In this document: in pieces, positions 18,603 through 27,967 of the stretch
Position numbering within the stretch: position 1 is the stretch's first letter
Layout: each line of letters begins with the position of its first letter
Origin: a virus
Lineage: Duplodnaviria; Caudoviricetes
Length of the DNA: 48,833 nucleotides
Reading direction: 5' to 3' (one strand)
IMG/VR virus record: IMGVR_UViG_3300042196_000028
Coordinates: 1-48,833 of that record
The notes under the pieces: generated by a model
Seen by the model: only the letters and a program-made list of their open reading frames with translations
The model's database searches: none
What the model was told of the DNA's origin: nothing
Position numbers and translations under genes: made by a program

Positions 18603-19583
18603 ATGGCGCGGGTCATTTCCGTTTCTGACATTCTCGAAAATGCACACTCAAACCCCTCTGCCGCGTGGGGCAAGGGAAAGGATTCCAATGAGCCGGGCAC
18701 CGATCCGAATTGTGCCAGCGCGCGGCTGCACAAGCCGACGCTCAAGCTTCACATCAGCGAGCCGACATCCGTTTCGGACTCAACCCTTATTTTCGCGATG
18801 GGCTCCTGCTTCGCCCGAGAGGTAGAGGCCGCGTTTCTGCGACGAGGAATTGCCGTCGCTAGCCGCCCGCGTTCGCTCGTCGCGCTTGAGCGCGGGTGGG
18901 AAGAATCCGCACTGACAAACCGTTACAACACACCCTCAATGCTGCTGGAATTTCGGCGGCTGCTCGAAAGCCCTTCAGCCGTTCCAGACGATGCGCTGCT
19001 TATTCCGATCCGCGAGGACACATGGATGGATGCGCATTACCACGAGATTTTTTCGGGTCCGATTGAGCAAATTCTTGAACGCCGCCGCCGCTTCCATGCC
19101 GACCTGCAAGCGCTTCGCGAGGCCGATATTGTCATTCTCACGCTGGGTCTGAACGAAGCGCCATTCGACCCTGCCTGCGGTCTATATCGCAACGTTGCGC
19201 CCACGCCGCGCGAACTGAAATCAAAGGGGCGAGTCGAGGTTCACGTTCTTTCGACGCGGGAGAATCTAGAAGCTCTTGACGGAATCCGCTCACTCATAAA
19301 GCAACACTGCAAGCCGACTGCCAAATTGATCGTTACCGTCTCACCTGTTCCACTCACTCGCACATTCACGAAAGACGACGCCATTGTGGCGAACGCTGCC
19401 GGGAAATCAGTCCTGCGCGCCGCTGTGCATGAATTTTGTTCGTTATACGGTGACGCGATATACTTCCCGAGCTACGAAATCGCCCTGAATGCAGACCATC
19501 GTGCTGTGTTCAAGGGCGACAAGCGACACATTCATCGCAAGTTCGTGGATCAGATCGTCAGTCAGTTTGCGGGGGCAAGCTAA
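18603..19583 (+). CDS. GSCFA-family protein (SGNH-hydrolase-like)
   Basis: IFAMGSCFA, LTLGLNE, IVTVSPVPL, KSVLRAA, YFPSYE, D.RH motifs. Confidence 0.88.
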   Translation: MARVISVSDILENAHSNPSAAWGKGKDSNEPGTDPNCASARLHKPTLKLHISEPTSVSDSTLIFAMGSCFAREVEAAFLRRGIAVASRPRSLVALERGWEESALTNRYNTPSMLLEFRRLLESPSAVPDDALLIPIREDTWMDAHYHEIFSGPIEQILERRRRFHADLQALREADIVILTLGLNEAPFDPACGLYRNVAPTPRELKSKGRVEVHVLSTRENLEALDGIRSLIKQHCKPTAKLIVTVSPVPLTRTFTKDDAIVANAAGKSVLRAAVHEFCSLYGDAIYFPSYEIALNADHRAVFKGDKRHIHRKFVDQIVSQFAGAS

Positions 19584-21130
19584 AACACCGTAATTAAGAA
19601 CTCACGCGCGCCGCCGATGCGATTTTCAACATAGACATTGCCATCTGTGTGCGCGCTGACCGTGAACTTTCCATCCGAGCCCGTTGTCCCGTTGAGCGCA
19701 CCCGTCGTAAAGTCTACGTTCGCATGAACGAATTGGGATGCGATGCCGGACGTCCCGGACGAAACGCGGAAATGCGCTGAACCGTATTCGAGGCCGTTCG
19801 TTACCTCGAACCGAATCCCGCCAAAATCCTTTTCCATCGGGATTGCGACGAACGCATCGTCGGCCGCACGGAAATATCTCGTCTCCCCCGGCTGCATCAG
19901 CACGCCGGAAATGCGGTTGTTCGTGTTCGCGCCTGTGTAGTTGACGAATACGATATCGCCCAGGAAAATATTGTCGGTCGCGTTCGTGCTGATGCCGATG
20001 TCCGCCGAGGAATCTGCCGGAATGAGTATAATTCCACCACCGACCGAAACGGACCCCAAGCTGCCGCCATCCGTGATTAGGATGCCATATTCCGTAAAGC
20101 CGTTCAGCACACCGCCGTTTATGTTGATGCTGCCGCTCGACGCGGCTCCATTGATTTCGATGCCGCGCGTGCCACGCCGAACGATGTTCCCTGTGATCGT
20201 CGCGAAGGCCACGTCAACCGTGGCGCTCGTCGTAGCATCCAGAAGGATACCAGCCGCCGCTGCGCCTGCGTCCATGCTGATAGTGTTGTTGGAGATGTTC
20301 GCGTATTGCGATTCCGTCTGCACGAGAATGCCGGGCGTGTCGGCCGTTCCCGAAAGTAGAGTGTTGTCCGCGACGATGTTGTACAGGCTGCTGGCTCTCA
20401 ACGAGCCGCCAGCCGCCAGAATGCCCGCCCCGGTCCCCGACGTTCCCCAATTATTAACCCGGTTTCCAATCGCCCGCGCTTCGTGACAATCCACCAGACG
20501 GATGCCAAAGGTCGCGACCGTCGTCACCGTACAGCCCATCACCAGCGGGCGGTCGCTGTTGATGCACTCAATACCGGCACCGTCGTTAATCGTTTCCACA
20601 TCGCAAAATAGCGCGCGGCAGTTGCTCGAAATTGCCGAGGTGTTCGGCGTCACATGGTCGTAGCCAAAGCGAATGCCCGCATCGTCGCAATTCTTAACGG
20701 TGCAGTGCTGGACAACAACCCCACCGACTTCCGCCAGAACGACAATGCCCCAGAACTCTCCGGCATCAAGCGTGTCGGTGATGTCCTTGACCGTTAGATG
20801 CTCAATGACGACATCGCTTGCGGAAATCTCAATGCCGTTCGTGGCATCGGTCGTCTGCGCGATGATCGTTAGTTCCTTGCCCGCGCCCGTGATCCGCTGT
20901 CCCGCATTGTCCGCAACCAGCGCTGCGGTGATGTTATAGGTGCCAGCCGGGATATAAACGGAATGCCCAGAATCGATTGCGTCCTGAATGCTGCCGCCGA
21001 ACATCTGTGGCGTGACAAACGGAATGCCTGCACTCTGGAGTAGCTTGCCAGTAGCGCCATCAAAGCAGACTAGGGCATTGTCAGCCGCACTCGCTGGCCC
21101 CTTCACCCCGCCCGCACGGATCGTCGTCAT
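19580..21130 (-). CDS. Right-handed beta-helix (pectin lyase-like) spike/depolymerase
   Basis: IQDAIDSG..VYIPAGTY N-terminal motif followed by parallel beta-helix repeats (GI.., I.NNTI, ITGNIV). Confidence 0.8.
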   Translation of the reverse strand: MTTIRAGGVKGPASAADNALVCFDGATGKLLQSAGIPFVTPQMFGGSIQDAIDSGHSVYIPAGTYNITAALVADNAGQRITGAGKELTIIAQTTDATNGIEISASDVVIEHLTVKDITDTLDAGEFWGIVVLAEVGGVVVQHCTVKNCDDAGIRFGYDHVTPNTSAISSNCRALFCDVETINDGAGIECINSDRPLVMGCTVTTVATFGIRLVDCHEARAIGNRVNNWGTSGTGAGILAAGGSLRASSLYNIVADNTLLSGTADTPGILVQTESQYANISNNTISMDAGAAAAGILLDATTSATVDVAFATITGNIVRRGTRGIEINGAASSGSININGGVLNGFTEYGILITDGGSLGSVSVGGGIILIPADSSADIGISTNATDNIFLGDIVFVNYTGANTNNRISGVLMQPGETRYFRAADDAFVAIPMEKDFGGIRFEVTNGLEYGSAHFRVSSGTSGIASQFVHANVDFTTGALNGTTGSDGKFTVSAHTDGNVYVENRIGGAREFLITVF

Positions 21131-21176
21131 TGAACATCCCCGCCGTGGATAAACCCAAGATCAAGACGCTGGATGG

Positions 21177-23435
21177 TCATTGAATGCCAACACCTACCGG
21201 TTCCACGCCCTCAACCTGTCCCTGTGCGTTACGAACAACACGCTTGGGTGCGCTGGCAGAACGGGCCATCGTATCCGCAGCACTGGCTAGCTGTGCGCTG
21301 GACTGAGCCAGAACCTGCATGGCGTTCGCCATCAATGCGCCGATCTCGTCCATTGCCTCGGCTACGTTGCTCGTATCCACGTTTACTTGCGGGGCAGCAC
21401 CTGACGCTTTTCCGTCGCCGTTGGCCTTCGGTGCGGCCTGCGCTTTCAGCTTATTGGCTTCCGACTGCGCCTTGGCCTTGTCGGCGGTTTGCTGGCGCTT
21501 AATATCCAGTTCGCCGTCAAGTTTGCGCTTGGCTTCCTCCCGCTCAAACATAGCGTTGTCGGATTCCAATTTCATGCGGGTCTGGCGCTCCTGATCCTTG
21601 CCCTGTTGCTCGGCTTGCAGCAGCTTAATCTTTTCCTGCGCTTCCATCACCGCAGGATCGGGCTTCTCCTTTTGCGGCTGCTTCGCCATGCCTTCCAATT
21701 GTTGTGCAAGCTTTTCAATCGAAGCCTCAAGAGGCCTGCCCGCCCTGAAGCCAGCCGCCGCAAACTTCAACACTTCCGCCACAAATCCCCCGATCATCGG
21801 TGCCTGCATAACGATAGGTGCCGCTTGCTGGAACAGTCCGCCTACAGCCGTGACAAACTCAATCCGCCTGTTCTTCTCCGCATCCTCGTCCGGCTGGATT
21901 GTACTGTCGGTTTCAATCTCGATAACAAAGCCTCTAGTGCGGTCCTCTTGCAGGAACTTAACCACATCCTCAAACGCGGGCTTCTCAAGTAAGTCCTGCA
22001 ATTCCTGGGGCACGGGCTTCTGTTGCTGTTGTGCCATCTGTGCCTGCTGCATGGCCTGCTGTTTTTCTTCCATGCTTGGCAGTTGTATCTGCGACATTTG
22101 CTTGAGCAAATCAGGCGGGAAATTCTCGGCCATGATCTCGCCTGCAATGCGCGTCATGTCGCGGGCGAACTCCGACATGGTTTTCTGGCGTTCCTGAATC
22201 CTCAGGCTGCCCCATTGCGATTTAAGCTGTTGTTCGGTCGCTGTTACCTTGCCCTTCTCGCTGGCTTGTCCACGAACAATGTCCGATATGCCGGTGATCT
22301 GGTAAACGTCCTCAATCACAACCCGGCGTAGATCGACAAGTTGTCTAACTAGCTCAATTGCCTCTCCGACCGGCCACCAGACAACCATGTCCTTGAACGA
22401 GCCGTTACCAAACGCCGCTACCGAACTGATCGGAATAAGCAGCGCCCGGTTGTCGAGCGACTTCATCGCCGCTTCAATCGCTTCCGAAATATCCCCCGCG
22501 CCGGCCGGAAAAAAACCCTTAAGCCTTAAGCTTTCAGACAGCGCCGCAATGCGCGCCGTGTATTCGTTTATTTCCTCGATCTGGTCCTTGTACTGCCTGA
22601 TTTCGGGAACAGGTCGTAACTTGCCCGGTACAAGCGTTCCATAAGCCGGCTTGGGACAGGGAAAGAAGTTCTGCAAGTCAAGAAACGCATCCTGCTTGTC
22701 GAGGACGTTTTTATAATCCTCCGCTACCCAATAAACACAACGCGATTCCTTGTCCCAAATCTCCCAGACCGGAGCCATGTCGCCCTTGTCCGGCGTGACT
22801 GAGTTTTCGTCCTGCTTCCTGAGCGGAATATCCTCGAACGATCCTGAGCCGTTCTTGGCCATCGCCTCATCGAAGCGTTCGGCCCCCTTCTCCCGCGTCA
22901 TCCATTCGCGCTTGCCTACCCAGGGAACGCGCTTCCATGTCTTGGCCTTGCCGTGCGCGAAGTCCTTGTACGGCACCCATTCCTGTTCAACGCAGGGCGT
23001 CCCGTCATGCTTTTCTGACAGGCGATTCCAAGCCGTCCCTCGCCCGTACATCAGGAACTCGTCCCTGACTTCGATCATCGCACCGTTCAGGTCTTGCTGC
23101 TCGAACGAAACAACCAGTGTGCGCTCCAGTGTTTCCGACGCATGGCGGGCCAGTGCATTGCCGTCCTTGAATCTCGGGGCGACGACAGGAACAGGCGGGC
23201 GGGCATAGGTGGCAGGTTTCAGGACTTCGATGTTCGCCCAGAAGATGGAATATTCACGGTCTGCCGCGTCCGACCGTTCGTCCTTTGAATAGAGCTTGGC
23301 CGCGTTTACACATTGGTCATGCCACTTGGAAAACTCTTTGTCGTAATCTTTAAGTTTATCCAGCCATGGCGCAGCCGCGAGCGGTTTGGTGTCCTCGGGC
23401 TCGTATTCCGCTGCGGATTCGGTGCGTTCAGCCAT
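21177..23435 (-). CDS. Portal protein with long C-terminal barrel/coiled coil
   Basis: 752 aa after TerL; YQITGISDIVRG..TATEQQLK, IETDSTI; Q-rich coiled C-terminus. Confidence 0.88.
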   Translation of the reverse strand: MAERTESAAEYEPEDTKPLAAAPWLDKLKDYDKEFSKWHDQCVNAAKLYSKDERSDAADREYSIFWANIEVLKPATYARPPVPVVAPRFKDGNALARHASETLERTLVVSFEQQDLNGAMIEVRDEFLMYGRGTAWNRLSEKHDGTPCVEQEWVPYKDFAHGKAKTWKRVPWVGKREWMTREKGAERFDEAMAKNGSGSFEDIPLRKQDENSVTPDKGDMAPVWEIWDKESRCVYWVAEDYKNVLDKQDAFLDLQNFFPCPKPAYGTLVPGKLRPVPEIRQYKDQIEEINEYTARIAALSESLRLKGFFPAGAGDISEAIEAAMKSLDNRALLIPISSVAAFGNGSFKDMVVWWPVGEAIELVRQLVDLRRVVIEDVYQITGISDIVRGQASEKGKVTATEQQLKSQWGSLRIQERQKTMSEFARDMTRIAGEIMAENFPPDLLKQMSQIQLPSMEEKQQAMQQAQMAQQQQKPVPQELQDLLEKPAFEDVVKFLQEDRTRGFVIEIETDSTIQPDEDAEKNRRIEFVTAVGGLFQQAAPIVMQAPMIGGFVAEVLKFAAAGFRAGRPLEASIEKLAQQLEGMAKQPQKEKPDPAVMEAQEKIKLLQAEQQGKDQERQTRMKLESDNAMFEREEAKRKLDGELDIKRQQTADKAKAQSEANKLKAQAAPKANGDGKASGAAPQVNVDTSNVAEAMDEIGALMANAMQVLAQSSAQLASAADTMARSASAPKRVVRNAQGQVEGVEPVGVGIQ

Positions 23436-23436
23436 C

Positions 23437-24843
23437 TCAAATCCTTATACGGACGCCCCGTTGCGGCTCGGGCGGGCCTTGCAATACGACCTGACCCGGC
23501 AATTGCTTGCGTTTTGGTTTTTCTTGCGGTTTCGGTCGAGACAGCGGACAGTTAATCGCGTATTCGCCAAAGGCATCTGCACCATGGCTATTTTCGTCAT
23601 GCAGCGGACCGACATAAACACCAAGCGTTTCATTAAATCGTCTGCTGTACTTGCGTATCCGGCTCAAGCCTAGGTTTACACCCTCGCCCGGATTAATTTC
23701 CTGATTGAACTGCATGTACGGAATCAAGCGCCGCGCTGCCTGAATGCGGTCAGCCGGGTCTGTCGCCGCGCCCACATGAATTAAACTGGCTGGCACGCCC
23801 AGACTGATAAGCGTCTCAACCCGCGATCTCGCGCCCGCGCCCCACTCGCGAACCTTGATATCGTGCGGCAGATAAAGTTTCCCGAACTTGTATTCGGGCC
23901 GCTTTAGTTTTGCCGTAGCCAAATTCCTCTTGGCTTCGTCTTTCAATAGCTCCGGCAAGGCGTCCGTTAATATTTGCTCGGCACCTGCACCGCTAAATTC
24001 ACAATACCCAATGGCGCGAACCTGCCGCACATTCTCCTGCATGAACCAGATAGCCGTGTAGTCATCAACGCCGATATCCCACGCTGTATTGACCGGCAAC
24101 GCAGGATCATGCGGATAGAAACCAACACGCCCCTCGCTCTCCGCATAAGCCAGCAAGCGCGCGTAGTACGATCCTTCGGATATAATCTCGTAACCGCCGT
24201 CCCAAATATGAACCGCCATTTCAGGGTCAACATCGCGGTCATGCTCCATTTCCTCTTGAAGCACGCTGGGAAACCACGGATTGTCATCCCAATTGATGTT
24301 GATGACTATCGCGCTGGGCGGCTTCTTTGGCCCGCGAAAGAACATATCAACCGGATCGGTATCGTGTCGTGGATTCCAACTGAACCAAATCTCTGATCCA
24401 TCCGCGCGGATCGTCGGGCGTAGCATTTTGAGCGAACGCGCTGAGAGCGTCTGCGCTTCCTCTACCCACGCAATGTCATAGGCCTCAAGCGACTTGATTG
24501 ATTCCGCGTTGTAGCTTTGCATCCCGCGAAAGATAATCAGCCCACCATGCGGGCATCGTATTTCAGCCTCTAGAACCTCAAAGTCCGCTTCAAGCCCGAA
24601 CTTGGCGATCTTGTCGATAAGAAGCTGGCGCACCGACTCCTTGAGCGATAGTTGAACTTCGCGGATACAAACAGCCCGCGTGCGCTTTGAATAACAATGA
24701 AGGATAAGAAGCTCTGCAAAGAAATGAGACTTCGCCCCACCTCGACCGCCGTAAGCCGCCCTGTACCTGGCGCTGTCTGTCTCGACTAGCGGGGCCAGCT
24801 TTTCAGCAACGTCAACCGGTAGGCCGGACAACTTTCCACTCAA
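23437..24843 (-). CDS. terL: Terminase large subunit (PBSX/Terminase_3 type)
   Basis: YGGRGGAKS Walker A, WVEEA Walker B, WDIG and HGADAF nuclease motifs. Confidence 0.95.
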   Translation of the reverse strand: MSGKLSGLPVDVAEKLAPLVETDSARYRAAYGGRGGAKSHFFAELLILHCYSKRTRAVCIREVQLSLKESVRQLLIDKIAKFGLEADFEVLEAEIRCPHGGLIIFRGMQSYNAESIKSLEAYDIAWVEEAQTLSARSLKMLRPTIRADGSEIWFSWNPRHDTDPVDMFFRGPKKPPSAIVININWDDNPWFPSVLQEEMEHDRDVDPEMAVHIWDGGYEIISEGSYYARLLAYAESEGRVGFYPHDPALPVNTAWDIGVDDYTAIWFMQENVRQVRAIGYCEFSGAGAEQILTDALPELLKDEAKRNLATAKLKRPEYKFGKLYLPHDIKVREWGAGARSRVETLISLGVPASLIHVGAATDPADRIQAARRLIPYMQFNQEINPGEGVNLGLSRIRKYSRRFNETLGVYVGPLHDENSHGADAFGEYAINCPLSRPKPQEKPKRKQLPGQVVLQGPPEPQRGVRIRI

Positions 24844-25099
24844 TTACTTTGTGCTGAATAGGGTTGTCTGGATCGCCGCCGATTTGCAGCGGCATGAGCT
24901 TGGGATAAATTGTTCCCCAAAACACCCGCTCGTTTTGTGGGTCTTCCTTGGCCCATTCAACAATTCGTTTGGCTCCGCCAAGGTTCTTGGCCGCCAAGGC
25001 AATGGCCTCCTTGGCCATGGAGGTCGTCTTGTTCTTTGCGCCCTTGGGCCTACCCTTGCCAGCGTTGCCCCTATTCTCTCCTATTTTAGGCTTTGCCAT
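24812..25099 (-). CDS. terS: Terminase small subunit
   Basis: GRPKGAKNKTT motif; immediately upstream of terL. Confidence 0.8.
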   Translation of the reverse strand: MAKPKIGENRGNAGKGRPKGAKNKTTSMAKEAIALAAKNLGGAKRIVEWAKEDPQNERVFWGTIYPKLMPLQIGGDPDNPIQHKVIEWKVVRPTG

Positions 25100-25180
25100 A
25101 CAGGCTCACGCCGTCTGAGGGCGTGCCTCCTAATTCGTTCCGGCCTCTCTAAGCCCTATCGTCTCGATGATGGGGGATGG

Positions 25181-25354
25181 TTATTGACTAGCAGCGTGCG
25201 AAGACATTTTATTTTTCACTGGAAATTCCAGCATAAACGCCTGACCTCGCAAGTCGTCTGCCATGTCGCGGTATTGTTTTGCTTTTTCTTTCATTTGTTG
25301 CGCGCGCTCTAAGTCTTCCGCCGAGGGTTGATGGTCCAAAAGACTGGCGCGCAT
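25181..25354 (-). CDS. Small hypothetical protein
   Basis: GGAGG RBS before MRASLL. Confidence 0.45.
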   Translation of the reverse strand: MRASLLDHQPSAEDLERAQQMKEKAKQYRDMADDLRGQAFMLEFPVKNKMSSHAASQ

Positions 25355-25424
25355 AGGTTCCTCCATCGAGGCCCTCGGTACTGCCGAGGGCGTTGTAAAA
25401 AGGGGGTCGCCCAGACCGATACCC

Positions 25425-25775
25425 TTACCATTCACACTCAACGTAAGTATTCGGAAATTTGGTTTTGTCGATTTGATCCGTAAGCCATACGGCAAGTTTA
25501 CAGCCGGGCGCGGCTTCCTCGATAATGACAACGCAGTACGGGCCGTTTTCTGGGTACAAGATCGACATTCTGTATTCAATATCAGCAACGCCAATATCGC
25601 CCCAATTGACCGCGCCAAAGTCTTCCGTATTCTTCCTCCTGCTGGCCGCTGTTATCTTACCGTCAATAAATTCAATCAAATCTAGTGTGTTGATTCCCAA
25701 CTTCGGAAAGTCGTTCACCGCACCTTGCTCTCCGGCCCGAGTACTGATGGCGCTATCACGAGTGAAGGTGGGCAT
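25425..25775 (-). CDS. Hypothetical accessory protein
   Basis: 116-aa ORF, GAGG RBS; the start lies within a TGGACTATG motif. Confidence 0.6.
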   Translation of the reverse strand: MPTFTRDSAISTRAGEQGAVNDFPKLGINTLDLIEFIDGKITAASRRKNTEDFGAVNWGDIGVADIEYRMSILYPENGPYCVVIIEEAAPGCKLAVWLTDQIDKTKFPNTYVECEW

Positions 25776-25794
25776 AGTCCAATGAATCCTCTCT

Positions 25795-25960
25795 ACGCCC
25801 TTATGAGGCGGGACTGAGACGGGCCGGATGCTCCTAATGTCAGAGCAGAGCCGGTTCCCGTCTGTACGTCACGCACCCTTCCGGGGCGGGTTAGACCAAA
25901 TCACTTGCGAAGCGGGATTATCTATTTCTGACATGATTTTAACCCTATCGTCAAGCCATG
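25795..25960 (-). promoter_or_regulatory. Putative late promoter and structured leader
   Basis: TTGACG -35 on the minus strand (25949-25954) downstream of the Q-position gene; hairpin GACGGGCCGG..CCGGTTCCCGTC. Confidence 0.45.
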
Positions 25961-25976
25961 GCGTGGCAGTGGACAA

Positions 25977-26564
25977 TCACCTACGAGATTTAGGAGCCTC
26001 GATAATCCCCCAATGCTTCGCCAGCCAGAAAAGCCCAGTCTTTAGACTCTCCAACTCGCTAACCCCGCATAGGGACTCGTTTCTTTCACATACGGCCCTC
26101 ACCGCGCGTTCCGCCAACATGCCCGGCGCTACCAATACGGCATGAGCCTCAAGCATTTCATGGGCCTCAAGCATTACCGCAACCGCGTTGCGATCCGATT
26201 CCGCTATGTCCTGCCCGTCCTTGCTGTCGGGATCGGGCGAGAATGTCTTGCCCATATGCTCGAATGAACAGGCTACCGCGTCAGGCTTGGGCGCGTTGAT
26301 TGCCGATCGATAGCGAGCCGCCATTCTGGCCCAACGCTTGCCCGTCTCGAATAACTCAGCCGGAATCTTGCCTTCAAGAAACAGGCGACCGATCTCCGTC
26401 CCCCATTCCTCGGCTTGCATTCCACGTAGCGCCGCGTCCCTCAATCTGCGGACCTCGGCTGGCGAGCAAGCCTGTACCTGGGCTTCCAATGCACGAGACA
26501 GACGGCCATTAGGCTCTCGAACATGATACAAGCCCTGCTTTCGCTTTCTACCGGCTTTTGCCAT
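25977..26564 (-). CDS. Putative late-gene regulator (Q-position protein)
   Basis: GRKRK..REPNGRLSR N-terminus, helical; last middle gene before the packaging module. Confidence 0.55.
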   Translation of the reverse strand: MAKAGRKRKQGLYHVREPNGRLSRALEAQVQACSPAEVRRLRDAALRGMQAEEWGTEIGRLFLEGKIPAELFETGKRWARMAARYRSAINAPKPDAVACSFEHMGKTFSPDPDSKDGQDIAESDRNAVAVMLEAHEMLEAHAVLVAPGMLAERAVRAVCERNESLCGVSELESLKTGLFWLAKHWGIIEAPKSRR

Positions 26565-26615
26565 TCTCTTTCTGCCTCGTATTGAGATTGGAGTTGGGAC
26601 TGCCACTCAGTTTCA

Positions 26616-26927
26616 CTAATCGTCAATAACGGCACCAAACAGTTTTCCTTCCGACACCGCCTCTAACACCATTGATGCGAGTTCAAGTTCACTAATGTCT
26701 CGACGCGCGGCCTCTGTTGCGAAGTTTTTGTGCGCCGATGTAGAAAGCGAGAACCTGTTAATACCGCCACGCGGTCTATTCTTTGCGCGACTGTCACCAG
26801 AATTTCTGGCGCGAATCACAATCGTTCTGACATACTCGGGCATCATCTTCGTGCGCCGCCCAATATCCTGCGCCGTAAAACCTTCCGCCCACAAATTCAG
26901 AACAGCATCATGATCGTGCTTAAGCAC
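26616..26927 (-). CDS. HTH DNA-binding protein (GcrA-like N-terminus)
   Basis: LNLWAEGFTAQDIG..YVRTIV helix-turn-helix. Confidence 0.6.
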   Translation of the reverse strand: MLKHDHDAVLNLWAEGFTAQDIGRRTKMMPEYVRTIVIRARNSGDSRAKNRPRGGINRFSLSTSAHKNFATEAARRDISELELASMVLEAVSEGKLFGAVIDD

Positions 26928-26995
26928 CTTGCTCTCCCGTTTGCGTACTGATGGCGTGCGAGCGATTAGAGGCGGTCAAAGTCCCAAAATCTTTT

Positions 26996-27388
26996 CTATC
27001 CATTACCAACACCCTCAAGGTCTGTGCGGTTGGCCCCAGATCGGGCGCGAAAATTTTGGGTAAACTCCGCAGGTATCTCGCACCCCGCCATTCCTGGCTT
27101 AGGACTGCGATAAGGCCATTTACCCGTAGTATTCCAGCGTTCGAGCATTACCGCCCATTTCCTTTCATTACTTTCCTGTCTTAAGACATCGGCAGATTTC
27201 TCAGATTGATTAGGTTTGGTAGAAAGAGAAGCGCGGCGCTGTGCCTGAGCCTCACGGTCCTTGTTTTTCCTTTGCCTCAGCACTTCCGCGTCCTTTTCAA
27301 CATCCGCATATAGAAACAAAACCTCGATGACCTGTTTTTCATTCAGTCCGATTTCTTTCAGGCTTTTGATCATCTCGTCCTTGATCAT
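26996..27388 (-). CDS. Short replication-protein-like hypothetical protein
   Basis: N-terminal helical region with DREAQAQRR; C-terminal W..GKWP..SPKPG..GC.IP, resembling the ends of alphaproteobacterial phage replication proteins. Confidence 0.5.
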   Translation of the reverse strand: MIKDEMIKSLKEIGLNEKQVIEVLFLYADVEKDAEVLRQRKNKDREAQAQRRASLSTKPNQSEKSADVLRQESNERKWAVMLERWNTTGKWPYRSPKPGMAGCEIPAEFTQNFRARSGANRTDLEGVGNG

Positions 27389-27643
27389 CTTCGCTCTCTT
27401 ACTTCCTATCTAATCTGTCACTCGGTTCAGCCGGTTGCTTGAGGCAAAGGACGACCTCCCCCACATTGAGCGGAGGTCGTTCCTTGCCTCGGGCCTAGCC
27501 TGTCACTTCGGACGAGCCGGCGCTTAGAGGCGAGGCGGTCACTGAGCGGGTGCCGTCTCTCGGTTGCTGCTGTCAGAGGAACGCTCCCTCCGCCTAGTCT
27601 TGCGGCCCCAACCCAAGGACCACCGCTGCGCTTCGCTAGGACC
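27389..27643 (-). ncRNA. Candidate structured ncRNA or replication origin
   Basis: ORF-free 255 nt with multiple stems, including a 19-bp near-perfect inverted repeat at 27441-27490. Confidence 0.5.
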
Positions 27644-27967
27644 CTATTCTGGTAACGCCTTCAAGAACGTCGCCCCAGCGGTTACCCCGCCGACGACGCC
27701 CAACACCCGGTAACGCCACAAACCACGACGAACGAACTCACGATCAACTGTCAGCCCTTGGCCGCGCAGATCGCGCAGACGAGCCGATACAGAAGCCTCC
27801 GGCGAACCAACCGCCTCGCCAATCTCGGCAAGCGTTCTCCATTGGTTGTCGGCCATTAAATTGCGAACACGCTCTAGCTGTTGGCCCAGACGTGCGCCGT
27901 CACGCTTCGGCTCGAATGTCGAACCGCCAAACGCTGATTGCGCCAAAGCCTCGCAAACCCGGCTCAT
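27644..27967 (-). CDS. Winged-HTH DNA-binding protein
   Basis: WRTLAEI..SPEASVSARLRDLR..GLWRYR. Confidence 0.7.
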   Translation of the reverse strand: MSRVCEALAQSAFGGSTFEPKRDGARLGQQLERVRNLMADNQWRTLAEIGEAVGSPEASVSARLRDLRGQGLTVDREFVRRGLWRYRVLGVVGGVTAGATFLKALPE

